Positions 1 through 12,749 of a stretch of DNA of 61,095 bases are shown one piece after another (positions within the stretch are counted from its first letter, which is position 1; every line of letters starts with the position of its first letter). Below the pieces are notes generated by a model. That model did no database searches and had not been told where the DNA came from. It saw nothing but the letters and a program-made list of their open reading frames with translations. Source of the stretch: Gracilinanus agilis (taxonomy: Eukaryota); NCBI RefSeq assembly GCF_016433145.1, contig NC_058135.1, positions 264,850,776 to 264,911,870 of the forward strand. Reading direction: 5' to 3'. A program made the translations under genes and the position numbers.

Positions 1-627
1 TAGCTCTCAAGAATCCTACAGTAGAATAAAAGAGAAAATACAGCATAAGCAAATAATCACCTACTTCTGATATAGCTTGACTCAACAATCATAAGACCAC
101 ACCAATTTATCTTGAAGGTCAATCCCACTCTTATAAATGCTAAGAGTCTTGTCCATGACCTCCACAGGAAAACACAATCTATGCCCCCAACAAAGGCTCA
201 CCATCTTAGAAATGCATTACATTAGTTTGTCGTTGTTCTTTTTTAATCACCTCCCCTGCCATCATGTCTGATTCATCTTGGTATCTACCCCAGCACCTTG
301 GTCATTACATATAATAAATGCTTAGCATGTTTGTTAAATGAATGAAATTTGTGAATTGTGACCAGCAACTATAATTATAAATTTCATTTATAAAGAGTGC
401 TAGGTAATAAAGGAATAAAAAGCAGCTTTCATTTTATAATGGCCACATTCTTCATTTCACTTATGGCAAGTTACATTTTTGTATCTTAAGCTAGTTCCAT
501 CTTGCTTCCTCAAGAGCTGCCTTTGATGGAGACCATCTAGAAGACAGGCTGATTAATGACAACACCCCTATTTGTTATTAATCCTGGTGAGAAGGGCTTA
601 AGAATGCAAATTCTTTCAGGGATAATA

Positions 628-860
628 ACTGTAGCTCACATTTATATAGCTCTCTAAGGTTTATAAATTGCTAGGTATGCATTATCTCATTGGATCCTCA
701 CAACAGCCTGGGAGATAGGAATCAGAAGTATTCTAATCTTCATTTTACAAATGAGGAAACAGGCTAAGAGACAAGAAGTGACTTTCCCAATGGATAAGAG
801 CTGAGATTGGAAGGCAGGACTCTTCTCACTCCAGATCCATTTTTCCATTAGACCACACTG
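628..860 (-). mobile_element. MIR-family CORE-SINE, degraded
   Basis: Contains the MIR core in antisense ('cattttacaaatgaggaaacaggct..aagtgactttccca') with typical MIR flanks. Family recalled, not searched. Confidence 0.7.
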
Positions 861-2283
861 GATATGTCCTTCACCTATTTTAAAAATAAAATTTGCTATT
901 TACCTACCATCATACATTTAAAGCTGATAAGAACCTCTGAGAACATTTAGTCTGAACTCCTTCAATTTATAGATGAGGAAATTGAACTAGAGTGAAATGA
1001 TTTGTCTGAAGTATCATGTACCTGATGCAAGATTTGAACTTCATTTCCCAAACACCAAATCATTAAAATTAGAAGTTTATAATACTGACTAATGTTAAGG
1101 CTTTCCAATTGGGATCTTGGTGAAAATCTAAGCTCATAATTTAACATCAATACATCTGTATACATGTTTTCATCTATATTTGTTAATAAATCAATATCAA
1201 TAGAATGTACAAGGTCACAGTACTATGCTAAATCCCTGGTATATTTCTAAGAGGCAGTTTAGGCTTGTCAGCAAATGCTTAACACAAAAAAAAGCATTCC
1301 TTCTCTGAAAATTCCAGTTTTAAAAGCTAAGCACTTGGGTGGTTTCATATCATGAACAGGAACAACACATGAGTATCACATCTTTAAAAATCACTTTTGT
1401 CTGCGGTGATTGTCCAACAATGTCTTATTTAAAGATTCTCCCCAGGAAGGTGAATATTTTGCTTTAATGTGCTTTTCTTATCTTAATTCAAGATTTTACC
1501 TAGAGTAGAATGAAATGCACCCTGTGGTCATTCAATCAATGCATGAAAATTATTTCATGATAATGATCCTGCTGTAGTCCATCCTTTTAACAACAGAATT
1601 TTCCTGGGGATGCTCTAAGTCTGTGAATAGTGGTGTCCTGTGATTTCTGGAGAATTCTGACTACAGATGTCCTAAGAGATAATGAAGGATTCCTTGTAGA
1701 GGTGTGAGCAGGTTGTAACACATTGCCAATACTCATCTGAAAGAAAGACGAGCTAAATTCATACAAACAAGGAAATACACCAGAAGCATTTACGAGGTGA
1801 AAAAGTGGGGGTAGTCATGTAGCAAGAGTGATGGTGTATAGAAATGTCGCATTAGATCTATGCAATATTAATTATGACAATCAGAGGAAAACATCCATAT
1901 GTCAGATGACTACTTTATATAAGATTTATGAAAGGATATGGAGAAGACCATAATGGATGAGAATGAATGAATGGGCTATGATATCTCTTGGAAGGAAGAA
2001 TGCCAATACATAAAAAAAAATCCAAGAACAACAATAATGAATCACTATAAGGATTTAAAGTACTTTGTGTGTGTGTGTATGTATATGTATTATCCCATTT
2101 TGATGAGATCAAGAATTCACTGAAACACTGAAATGCTAATCCATTACAAATGGAAAGAGTGGAGTTATTTGTGAATGGTATGATTTTTAAAAGATATGAT
2201 TATTAAATTCACTCCTATTGTATTTATCTTGTGATGTACCCTACACTAATTGGTTTACTATTCAGGAGAATTGGTCTCTTTTT

Positions 2284-2510
2284 TCAGTTCCTGTTATGTC
2301 TGACTCTCCAGGACCACATTGGGGATTTTCTTGGCAAAGGTACTGGAGTAGTTTACCATTCTTACCTCAGTTCATTTTATAGAGGAGGAATTGAGACAAA
2401 GAGGGTTAAGGTCATAGAGCTAGTAAGTATCTGAGACCAGATTTGAACCCATGAAGATGTATCTTCCAGATTCCAAGCCCAGTATTCTATCCACTGGACA
2501 ACCTGTCCAC
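2284..2510 (-). mobile_element. MAR1-type marsupial CORE-SINE
   Basis: 'ggggattttcttggcaaaggtactggagtagtttaccatt' followed by the MIR core and 'ccagatttgaaccc' (B box) is the reverse complement of the MAR1 layout. Confidence 0.75.
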
Positions 2511-4409
2511 TGTCCTCCTCATTAGAAACCTTCAATTATAGGTCAAATGCCCATTTTGGGAGTTTGATGTAGTGGCAATTTCTTTTATATATTACTTAGG
2601 CTACATTGCCATTGAGGTCCCTTTCGAACTCTGAAGGATAGATACCAAAGGACTCACTCAAAAAGAGACCTCCTTCCTCTGGTGTCTGAACTTCAATTTG
2701 GAGACCACAGAGGAGATTCAATGTTTTCTTAGTGAATAGAGTACAAAGCTCTCAGCATGGCATTTATAGCCTTTGAACAACTACCTTTCTTCTTTTTGAA
2801 GTCTAATCCAGATTATTGCCCTTACGCTCTCTCTTCTCCAGGCATATTGGTATACTTACTATTCCCAGTATATTCCACTCCATCTCTATGCAAAAGCCAT
2901 CTTTCTTTCCCAGAATTACTTCCTTCTTTGACATCTCTTATATAGATTCTTAGCTCCTTTCAGGGCTCATCTTGGGTACTACTGCACAGATGAAAAAGTT
3001 CCTGATCCCACAAATTCTACTTCTGGTCCTAAACTTGCTGTGTATATTTTTTGCTTTTCTTCCATACATGTTGTATTACCTCCAAAAAATGTAAGTTCCA
3101 TAAAGACAAGTATTGTTATACATGTTGGTTTTTTTAAATCCCCAGTGACTAGGCTTTATTATAAGCCAATTGATTAATGTTTATTAAGTCCCTATTCTTT
3201 GCTAAACACTAGAGATATAAGGAAAAAATGAAATAATATCTGTCTTTGAGGAATTTATATTTTTTCAATGTGTGCTTGCTCCTTGAAGGCAGGAGTCATT
3301 TCATTTTTTATCTTGGCATCTCCACTGTAAAATAATATAAATTTATAGGTAAAAAATGCAAATATTGGGAAAGTAATAAATGTTTGAATAATTGAATTTA
3401 GTGGAACTGGTAGGAGTACACACATCTGTGGGGCCAGGCATCTATTGAACTATTGATGTGACTCAATGGCAGTGGAATTCTTAAACCATAGACATTAAGC
3501 CTTTGGAGTAGGAATGTAATGTTCATAAAATCTGTTCATAACTTAATAAATGGATAGCAGAGAAGCTCTGCCCCAAGAATTAATGCCTTCCTCAAGTCTA
3601 GACTTGGAATATAGCTCTCAGAAAATGTGTAGTCATAGCTGAGTTTAATCCTCATGGTGACCAGCTATGCTTTGCCAGGTAAGACAAGTGTAGTATCCTC
3701 CCATCAGAGAAATTCAAAGAGGCACATCAGCACAAGCATCCTGCCTGGCTGTCACACTTTATCTCTATGTTGTCCACAGTCACTGGAAGCCAGATCATCC
3801 TCTGCTTGAACTCTCCCATCCTCCCCCCTGAGCCCCACTGGCAACAGGACTTTTCCATTTGAATCACTCCTGTTGGGAAAATGCATTAGTGTTTGTGATC
3901 CGTTAATTATAAATAGGCAGACAACTAATGCCCCCTGTATGATTTCCAAGACATCCTGTGAAAATTAATCCTAATGGATTTTTTTCCTGTCGTTTCCCTC
4001 CAATGGCTAATTACAGTTCCAGTGAGTCCAATATCACTGGGCCATTGTCAAAGGCAATGGCAAGGCTGTTTCTGTCGATGTTCCTTGGAATCCCGGTTGG
4101 CCAAATGCAGGCAGTGTTCTGGCAACGGTCTTTAAATGTTTTATAGGTAATGCCACAAAAGGAGCACTCTCTTGCCCCTCACAAGGGAAGGTAATGAAAG
4201 CTGTTGTGCATTTACAGTTCTATCTCTAGTGTAGGTGAGGGTCCATTAAGGATTTTAGTAATATGTGTATTGATTGGTAGCCAGGATAGTACATGAATGA
4301 ATACACCTACATATTTATACATTATAAAACAAGCAGTGTTTAGCTGCAAAGAATTCAACACAATTATATACTCACACACGTATTCTTCATTTATTAAATA
4401 CAGCTATGA

Positions 4410-4615
4410 TTCATCTTCATGAGTTCAAATCTGGCCTGAGATACTCATTAGCTATGTGACCCTGGGAAATTCACTAAACCCTGTTTGCCTCAGTTTCCTC
4501 ATCTATAAAATAATCTGGAGAAAGAAATGGCAAACTGCTTCAATATCTTTACCAAGAAAACCACAAATTGGATCACAAAGAGTAGGACATAACTGATATA
4601 GTTAAACAATAACAA
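4410..4615 (+). mobile_element. MAR1-type marsupial CORE-SINE
   Basis: 'gagttcaaatctggcc' B box, core 'ctgtttgcctcagtttcctcatctataaaat' and 3' part 'ctggagaaagaaatggcaaac..ccaagaaaacc'. Confidence 0.8.
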
Positions 4616-5028
4616 TGCGTAAACTATATCTGTTATTATTGATTGGCTGTTTCTGTTGAGTCCTACTCTTTGTGACCCTCTGGACCTCTGCCCACGGGTT
4701 TTTTTTGCACAAGCTGCCATTTGCTTCTTCAGTGGCAAACAGAGATTAAACGACTTTCCAAGGTCACAAATCTAGGAAGTTTTATATGAGATAGATAGAT
4801 ACATAGGTACATAGTATTATGATTAAAAATAATAAAGGCTGATATAATAATAGAAATTAGTATTTTAATTAAAGCCATGCTGATAGATAAAGTCATTAGA
4901 CCACACACTTGTAAGAATTTAAAACGGCCACCTAGCCATAATTACCTCCCCTCTCCTCCTGCGCCCAGTAGCCAAAGAGGAAATTCAAAGTCACTACAGG
5001 AGTTTATATTCCTTCTCTTACATCATCC

Positions 5029-5075
5029 CACTTCCTGTCTACCATGAGGAATCATGGGAAATGTAGTTTCAAAGT
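5029..5075 (-). promoter_or_regulatory. Adjacent ETS-type and ZNF143/THAP11 (SBS)-type motifs
   Basis: CACTTCCTGT at 5029-5038 (reverse: ACAGGAAGTG). GGGAAATGTAGT at 5056-5067 (reverse with flank: ACTACATTTCCCATGATTCC). Motif match only. Confidence 0.3.
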
Positions 5076-6249
5076 CTCCCACATGTCCATAGAAAATATA
5101 TATACTTTTAGATGGCATTTTCCAAATTTCACTTTTACAATAGATAGATAGGTAGGTAGATGGGTAGATGGGGTAACATAAATAATATCTCAGATTTATA
5201 TAGTGATTTCAGGTATAAAAGAGTTTTATAAATTGTCTCATATTTGGACTCATGGCTTCCTTGTACAACAGGTATTAATGATGCTATCATCCTGATTTAG
5301 ATGGGAGGAAACTTAAGCTCAGATAAGCTCAGATAATTTACATGACCTGATCAGAGATGCAATATAGGCTACTGTTTTGACATTCAATGATGTTTTTATC
5401 TAATTCTAAACAATAACTCAAAATTCAAATTGGGATATCTGGTTACTAGTGTTACCCCCAATAACTTAGGCAGGCTTTTGGGATTGAGGAAGCATTAATT
5501 TTATATTTATTTTAGTGGTGAATTTTGCTGGGGTCTCCTATTCTGAAGAATCGATGGAGAAAACAATATATCTAGTCTATTGTTCCATTTCTTGAACTCA
5601 TGTCTGGGAGATGAGTTGGTAAAAAGTTACATTGAACAAATCTGAATTCCCAATATACAGAATCACAGGAAATGAAAGAAGCAGTGTATAAGGAGGAGGG
5701 AAAAATATAATAACCTAACTGGAAAGCTGTCAACATTGCATAGGGGTAAGAGCACAGGGATAGCATCCTGCTTTGAGTATCAGTTCTTCCACTTATTTGC
5801 TTAAAAAGGTCAATTCACCTTTGTTGAAGTCAGTTTTCTCTTTAATAAAATGATAAAATTGGATTTATTCAACTCTAATAAGATACTTTTCAGTTTTAAT
5901 ATCATGTAAATTGTTTGGATTCCCCAAGTTCTTATGAACAATTACAGAATTGACCTGTGTCTATAGTAGAAGTGGGCATGGTTAGGAATGACACAAAGGG
6001 AGAGGCTGGAGAATGAATGAAGATAGTGACTGCTGTTTGGAAACAGACTTTTTCAAGATATTTAAAGTTATAAAAGTAAACCTTCAAAGATCAATCCAAC
6101 CCTCTTTTGGTCTATTTTTGGGACAGTCATATATACTATTTAAATTTTTTTTGAATTTTGTAATTTGTATAATGATTGTTTACTATACAACATTCTCAAA
6201 TTTAATTTGCTACAACTTCTTATTGTTGAAATTTCTGTTCTCAGGGTTA

Positions 6250-6500
6250 AGAGGAAGTCAGTGTATACCTTTTCAATAATAGCCATTCGAGTACTTAAAA
6301 TCCATCATCATAAGCTCTCTACATCTTTTACAAGCTAACCACAACTAATTTCTTCAAGTGAACCCATTGTGCCATTATGGCCCAAAGTCTTCTCAATATT
6401 TTGGTCACTGTTCTCTAGAAATACACCAGTTTTTTAGTAGTTTTCTTAAAATGTAATTATCAGAAAGGAATTTGATGTTCTCTCTCTTTATATATGTTGA
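6250..6500 (-). mobile_element. CR1/L3 LINE fragment, ancient
   Basis: 'ttctctagaaatacaccag..ttcttaaaatgtaattatcagaa' resembles the antisense CR1 3' ORF2 region that is also seen at 49.9 kb. Confidence 0.4.
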
Positions 6501-9500
6501 GCAGTGAAAAAAACCTCCTTAATTTGAGAAATTTTTAGCCCTACCCCTGTGACTTGAATTCTAGTTTAATCCTTGAAATAACACTCACTTCCAAACAACA
6601 TAAAATTACAAGAAAAGGTGTTACAATTATTATTGTAAATTGTTTTTTAGATTTACATTGTAGATGTATTTAGAATCTAGAACTACATTGTAAGTATATA
6701 ATTATCTAATCCAACAACACAATATTGTCATGAACAGGGCCTAGGAACAAATTCCCCAAGCCCAGAGGGAAAGAGTATCAATCTGCTCTCCAAATATAAA
6801 TTGGATCCTGTTGGTGGTGGTATCTTAAACCACAATGTTCCCAAATTCAAATTCTCAAACATTTGGCTTTTTTTTCAGTTTGAATGAGGGTATAATTTGG
6901 TTTCTATCAGAAGCCTGCTGGGGATGCTTGACTTGTCTCCAGTTCAAAAGACTGATAAACCCCATGAATCTTCTTTTTGTCAATTTGCTGAGCTGTCGAT
7001 ATTTAATATCTCTGGATCGGTGTCTCTCTTTCATAGGAATGATTTTTATTCTAAACGCATTTTGATATGCTTTCTAAATAGACCTGCTGCTCTCAAGAAA
7101 TCAATAACGTCACCCAAAATATTTTAGAACAGGAAAATATTAATTCTCTTCCCAAAATGCCCTGACAAAATTTGGAGATACAAATATTTATGTTCCTGCC
7201 TCAGACATTATTAACATAAGGTTGTATCTTTCCATGAAGAATTTATACAGATGATAAAATTATCTCACATTCTATTGGACACCTTCATAACAAGGCTAAG
7301 AGGTTGACAATGAAGTAGGATTTTTCATTTTCTCAAAAGATGTATTTTTCATGATATGTAATCAGTAGTTTAGAACACATATGTGCACTGCCCAAGGTCA
7401 TACAGCTGGTAAATTTCATAAATGGGAGAAAAAGTTTTGTTTAATAATTTAAATGCCATTGGTCTTTCCATTACATGTAGTTGATAATTCAGCTTTCTGT
7501 TTTAGTTTAAATTATTATAGCATTATTGCTTTAAATCATAAAGATATAGGCAGTGTCACATAATAAATAGGAAGTTAGTTAGACGTGGGTTCAAATTTAG
7601 CTTTCAGTCTTTATCAGATGAGTGATTATGGGCAAATCATTGAATTTCTATTTGCTGCAGAATTCAACCTAATACTTATTCACTAACTCATGTTTAGATT
7701 GCAATTTGTGTGGGTGGAAGGAGTTCCCATATTAAGAGTTCCCCACACTGAAGAAATTACTGGTTATTCAATATAATTTGATATAGAGATAGGTTTTAAA
7801 TATATAATTTATAATGTAAAATATAATTTGAATGTGTAATTTATAGATCAACTCTCATGTGTAGAACTATAATTCTGTTTTTTTATACTGCTAAAGAGAA
7901 CAGGTGACTATTTATTGGTGATTAAGGAACTGACAGAATCAATGAAGGTTAAAAAGAAAACTTAGAGGTCATTAAATGATCTAGTCACTTTAAAGATTAG
8001 CAAATGGAAATCCAACTAGATTAGTTTCTTGGTCAAAGTCATATAGGTAGATGGAAAAGCTTGGAGTTGAGTCTATAAAGTCTGACTCCTAGGTTCAGGG
8101 TTATCTAAAATCATGGATCCATGAAAGTATCAAAGGAAAAGGCCCTATCACAGAACTTTCCTGATATGTTCAAGAATGGGTCTCTAAAAACTTCTGGAAG
8201 AGCCACAAGAAATAGGATCAGTGTATTTATTATTTTGTCAATATTCCCAATATCTGATGGTTTTCTTTACAAGCAGGGAAAACAATTTAAAATTTTAAAC
8301 ATAAAAAACTACAATTCTTTCCCTATCCCCAACAACAAAATGCCATTTTGAAACTGTGGAATTGGTTTCCTGATGGGTTTGCAATATGTACAGGCAGTTT
8401 ACATTATCTCATGCCTCCACACACACTATTTCAAACTCCTTTCTTGAAAGAAGCTTTTGTCCTTTAAATAAAGGGCTGAAGTGTAGGTTTGCACTTGCAA
8501 GATGCTGACTTGCACCACACATCCAGTGAATATCAACTGCAGAAGAATAATGAGTCCCTCCTCTTGACCTTGCCAGGAATGCTATACATGCTGGAATCAG
8601 GAAGTCTGTGATGCCATATGCCATGGGTCATCCTTTGACCAGTTATCTCGTCCAGCTGTCATCCTGCAACTACTATCATATAAACATAAAATAAAGAAAG
8701 AAATAAAACTGCCTCAGACATCAGCCAGAAGAGTATCTTGCCAAACAGGAATCCTGAAGTTGTTCCAGACAAATAAGAATACATGCTTTTAGTCTTTAAA
8801 ACAGAAATTGTAGAATTAGAAATTATAGTAGGGATCACTTCCTCCGATCTCTTCATTTAAATGTGAGAAAACTGAGGTAAAGAGACTTTCTCAAAATCAG
8901 ACTCTGGCAGAATTGGGACTGGGACCCAATACCATCATCTTCAGTTCATTGTTTCCTACAAAAATAGGAAGAATAACTTTTTGTTCCATTTTCATGGATC
9001 TTCTTTGAAAATGGTATGATGACACAGGAATTACCTCAAATGACATGGCAATGGAACTAGCAACAAATGAAAATATATTATAAATGAAAGCATATCACCA
9101 AAGGCTGGATTATCCAAGCTTTTACATGTGTTCTTCCAGTTTTATCAATCTAAAGAACATCAACTTTGTTAAGTTGGGGGCTATTGATAGAAACAGAATG
9201 TTAAGAATAAGACTAGATATCCATGGAACATGTACATTTATTCAGAAATTGTAAATAATAAAATTCAAGGTGGAAGAAACATTCTAAGGCATCTGGTCTC
9301 AAGGAAACAAAACCAGAGAAGTTTAAAAATGTATACTAGATAACACAAGTAGAACATAGTAGAGGCAGGATTTGAACCTATATGCTCTGATTCTAAATCC
9401 TATACTCTATTGCACTATGAAATTGAAACTTCATTATTCAGTTACATGAACAATGAGGGAGCCAGTATACCAAAACAGCTATCTGCCAACCAATTTAATA

Positions 9501-9537
9501 GAATTTAACAGAAATAATATACCAATTACATATGCTA

Positions 9538-9848
9538 CAACAATTCAAGGATCCTGAAAGAATGCAGATTGGGAGAGAAAGAACTGTGGGAGTAGAAACA
9601 CAGAAGAAAAACAACTGTTTGACACATGGGTCAATGGGGATATGATTGTGGATGTAGACTCTAAACAATCACCTTAGTTAAAATGTCAATAATATGGAAA
9701 TAGGTCTTAATCAATGACACAGTAGAACCCAGTGGAATTGTGCATTGGCTATGGGAGGAGGTTTGGAAGAGGGGAGGGAAAGAACATGAATCCTGTAACC
9801 ATGGAAAAATTTTATTAATTAATCAATTAAATAAAATTTTAAAAAATA
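9538..9848 (+). mobile_element. L1 3' end (5'-truncated), opossum L1 type
   Basis: Marsupial L1 3'UTR phrases ('gatgtagactctaaacaatcacc', 'agaacccagtggaattg', 'gggagggaaagaacatgaatc..tgtaaccatggaaaa') ending in AATAAA and an A-rich tail. Confidence 0.75.
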
Positions 9849-10519
9849 ATACAGACTGGGGTCCCTTCTGCCCTTATTAAATGTCCTTTTGAGAACTGTT
9901 ATAACATAAAGATTGAACACCTTATGGTCAACCCAGTAATGAGCTTTTCTGGATGTAAATGTGTCCTTCTTTGGGCGTCTATTTCATTACTAACTTCATA
10001 CTCAAACTCTTCCAGTGAAGTAGGACCTTCAATTTTTTTACTCTGTTGTTATATCCTTTAAGAAAGACACGAGTCAGGTGACTGACTGAATGAGGAAATA
10101 TTAGAGGAACCATCATTTAACTCTTTTGATTCTACTCACTATATTACAGAGAATAAAGAGGGGGGAAAGTCCAGTGAAAAACTTGACAAACTACATCAAA
10201 CTAATTTAATAATGTTAGCTTCAGCGCCAGGAAGATTTGGATTCATCTCCTATCTCAGATACATAATGGCTATATGATCTCTTTCTCTTAACCTCTTAGT
10301 GTCTCAGGTTATCTGCAATTACAAGTTACATAAAAGGTAGCAATTTACCTTAATAAAGGGAATTTTTTCATTTTGATTTCCCTACATGAATGGAATTATA
10401 AGTCTACCCCCCAAAAAGAATGGACATATTCATTAGCAATCAAGGGGAGGAAAGTGGACTTAGAGGGGAATTAACAACAACAAATATTTTTGTTTTTTAA
10501 AAATCAATGTTAATAATAA

Positions 10520-10700
10520 TAGCCATAATAATAGTTAGCATTTGTACTGTTTATTGTGGTTTGCAAAGCACTTTGCCTACATGAATTATTTGATCCTCCA
10601 ACAACCATGTGAGCATGGCACCATTCTTACCACAATTTTACAAATGAGGAAAACAAGGCACATAGATGTTTAATGACTTGTCCAATGTCACTAAGCTAAA
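10520..10700 (-). mobile_element. MIR-family SINE
   Basis: 'tttgcaaagcactt...tttgatcctccaacaaccatgtgag...attttacaaatgaggaaaac' is the antisense MIR body. Confidence 0.7.
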
Positions 10701-12556
10701 TAGACCAAAAGTTTGTAGATCATTCAAAATATTCATGTTTTATATCATGAATAATTTAAGGAGAGTCTGAAGGCATTGGTCATGAGTAGTGTTAAGCAAT
10801 ATTACCTCTATTGAAACTGATCATACCATTAATTGGTAGAGGGAAGTTCTATTGTGGAAACTCCCTTCATCAATACAGAGAGGCAATAACTAAGGATCAT
10901 AAGTTCAGCAGTCTAGAACAGGAAACTATCTTAGTTGCCACATAGTTCAATAGTCTCATTTTCAAGCTAAGAAAATAGAGGTTCCAGGAAGTTAATAGAT
11001 TTCTCCAAAAATTAAATTAATGTTTTCCTTAATCTAAGGTCATAAATTGACCTATTTTGCCTCTCATCTAAGAATACATCTTAAGGATTAGGAAATGACT
11101 GAGGATGAAATAATGCCTATGTCAAAAATCTTGATTAGAATTAAGTTAAATATCAATAAAAAATTAGAAGAAAAGTAAAATATATATATATAATTAGAAT
11201 ATATTTAGGCTCTCTTAAATATTTTCCCTTTTTAAAAGGCAAGAAATGGTTAAAATATATTGAATATCACCATTTTTACCCAAGTTTAATAGTTACTATA
11301 ACAAAGAGGCACAAAGACCACAGAAACCAACTTAATCAAATTCCAGCCTTCATGACCAAGCAGAGAAAGAAATGAAAAACAAAACAAAGCAAAACAAAAC
11401 CCAATTCCCACCCATTTAAGTCTTCAAGATCATGGTCAAAACATTAAGCAAAATGATGAAGGGAAATTATGAGGCACATTGTAAAAATCAACTACAAAAA
11501 CATCTAAAAATAAAAATATTTCAAGGGATCTTATAATAGGACACCATTAAGTGAGACAATCCCCTAAGTATCTGAAAATGAAATTGAAAAGAAGGTAGCA
11601 AATCAAAACTAAATAAAACATTAATAGGAATTTCAATAGTGATCTTTTTTATCAGTAGCATTAGTGAACCTGGTGGGATGACCATTTTTGGATCTTGCCT
11701 TCTCAGTAACTTGAACTACATAAAGAAGTGGCAAGAGGACTTTAGAAGATATAAGCAAGATTGTCTGGGACTAACTAAATAATTGCAGAATATATGTAGT
11801 CCAAAGCCAATAAAAATTTTAAATGATTTTGAATGGTTTTGAAGATATTTCATATAGGAAGATTTGAGGATGAAAAAAAAAAGGTCAAATACAATTTTCT
11901 TCCTCCATATAATTGTATCCTATACCCATTCCATGACTAAAAATGCATTGATCCAAACTGACCCATATGTTATCAGAGAATCAACGTTAAGTAAGGAAGA
12001 GCTGGCTCCAAGACCTGCCTTTGACCCATACTTGCTAGATGAACCTGGCCAAGCAAGCATCTCAGAGCTCCAAATAATTCTTCTAGAACCAGATGTATAC
12101 AATTGTTAATATGTATCCATGGGAAGAAGATTACCCTTGCCAGATTAAAATAGTCTAAAATATCTAATCTCCCCTCCATTCCCATCCATGTTAATAATTT
12201 CTTTTTGCGTTTCTATAAAATATTAAAAGCATTAGTCTATATATGTGTCAAAGATGTCATTGTTGAAAAAGAGAAGACAACAGGTACACTCTATTAGCAA
12301 CAAATTTCCTGACAGACAGCTGACAGATGAAAAAAGATATTGTTTGGTAATTTGTTAACTTAGGAAAACAATTGTTAAAATGGAAATTTTGAATCAAGTT
12401 AACTAGAATTTTCAAGCATGTTCTATGTGCCAGGCATTATGCTTAATACTTGGGACACAAAGGAAGCCAACAACATGGTTCCTGCCCTCACAGGGATCCC
12501 ATTATTATGGATCTTCCTTTAAGTGACTATCTTTAATGCATTTGCTAAGAGTCTTC

Positions 12557-12749
12557 CAGTGACTCACAAAATGGGTGCCACCGCCCCCTGGTGGGTGCTG
12601 CAGCAATCCGGAGGGGGGTGATGGCCACAGGTGCATTTATCTTTCCTATGAATTGCTATTAAAATTTTAAAAAAATTAATTTCCAGGGGGCTAAGTAATA
12701 TTTTTTTCTGGAAAGGGGGCGGTAGGTCAAAAAAGTTTAGGAACCACTG
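12557..12749 (-). mobile_element. Non-autonomous hAT/Charlie-type MITE, copy 1 (193 bp)
   Basis: Degenerate TIRs CAGTGACTCACAAA / reverse CAGTGGTTCCTAAA. Roughly 90% identical by eye to the reverse complement of 47859-48055. No clean TSD is visible (left GAGTCTTC, right GCTAAGAC). Confidence 0.85.
12581..12594 (-). promoter_or_regulatory. CTCF core motif within the MITE
   Basis: CCGCCCCCTGGTGG on +, which reads CCACCAGGGGGCGG on -. This matches the established CTCF core CCACCAGGGGGCG. Binding is not shown. Confidence 0.6.
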
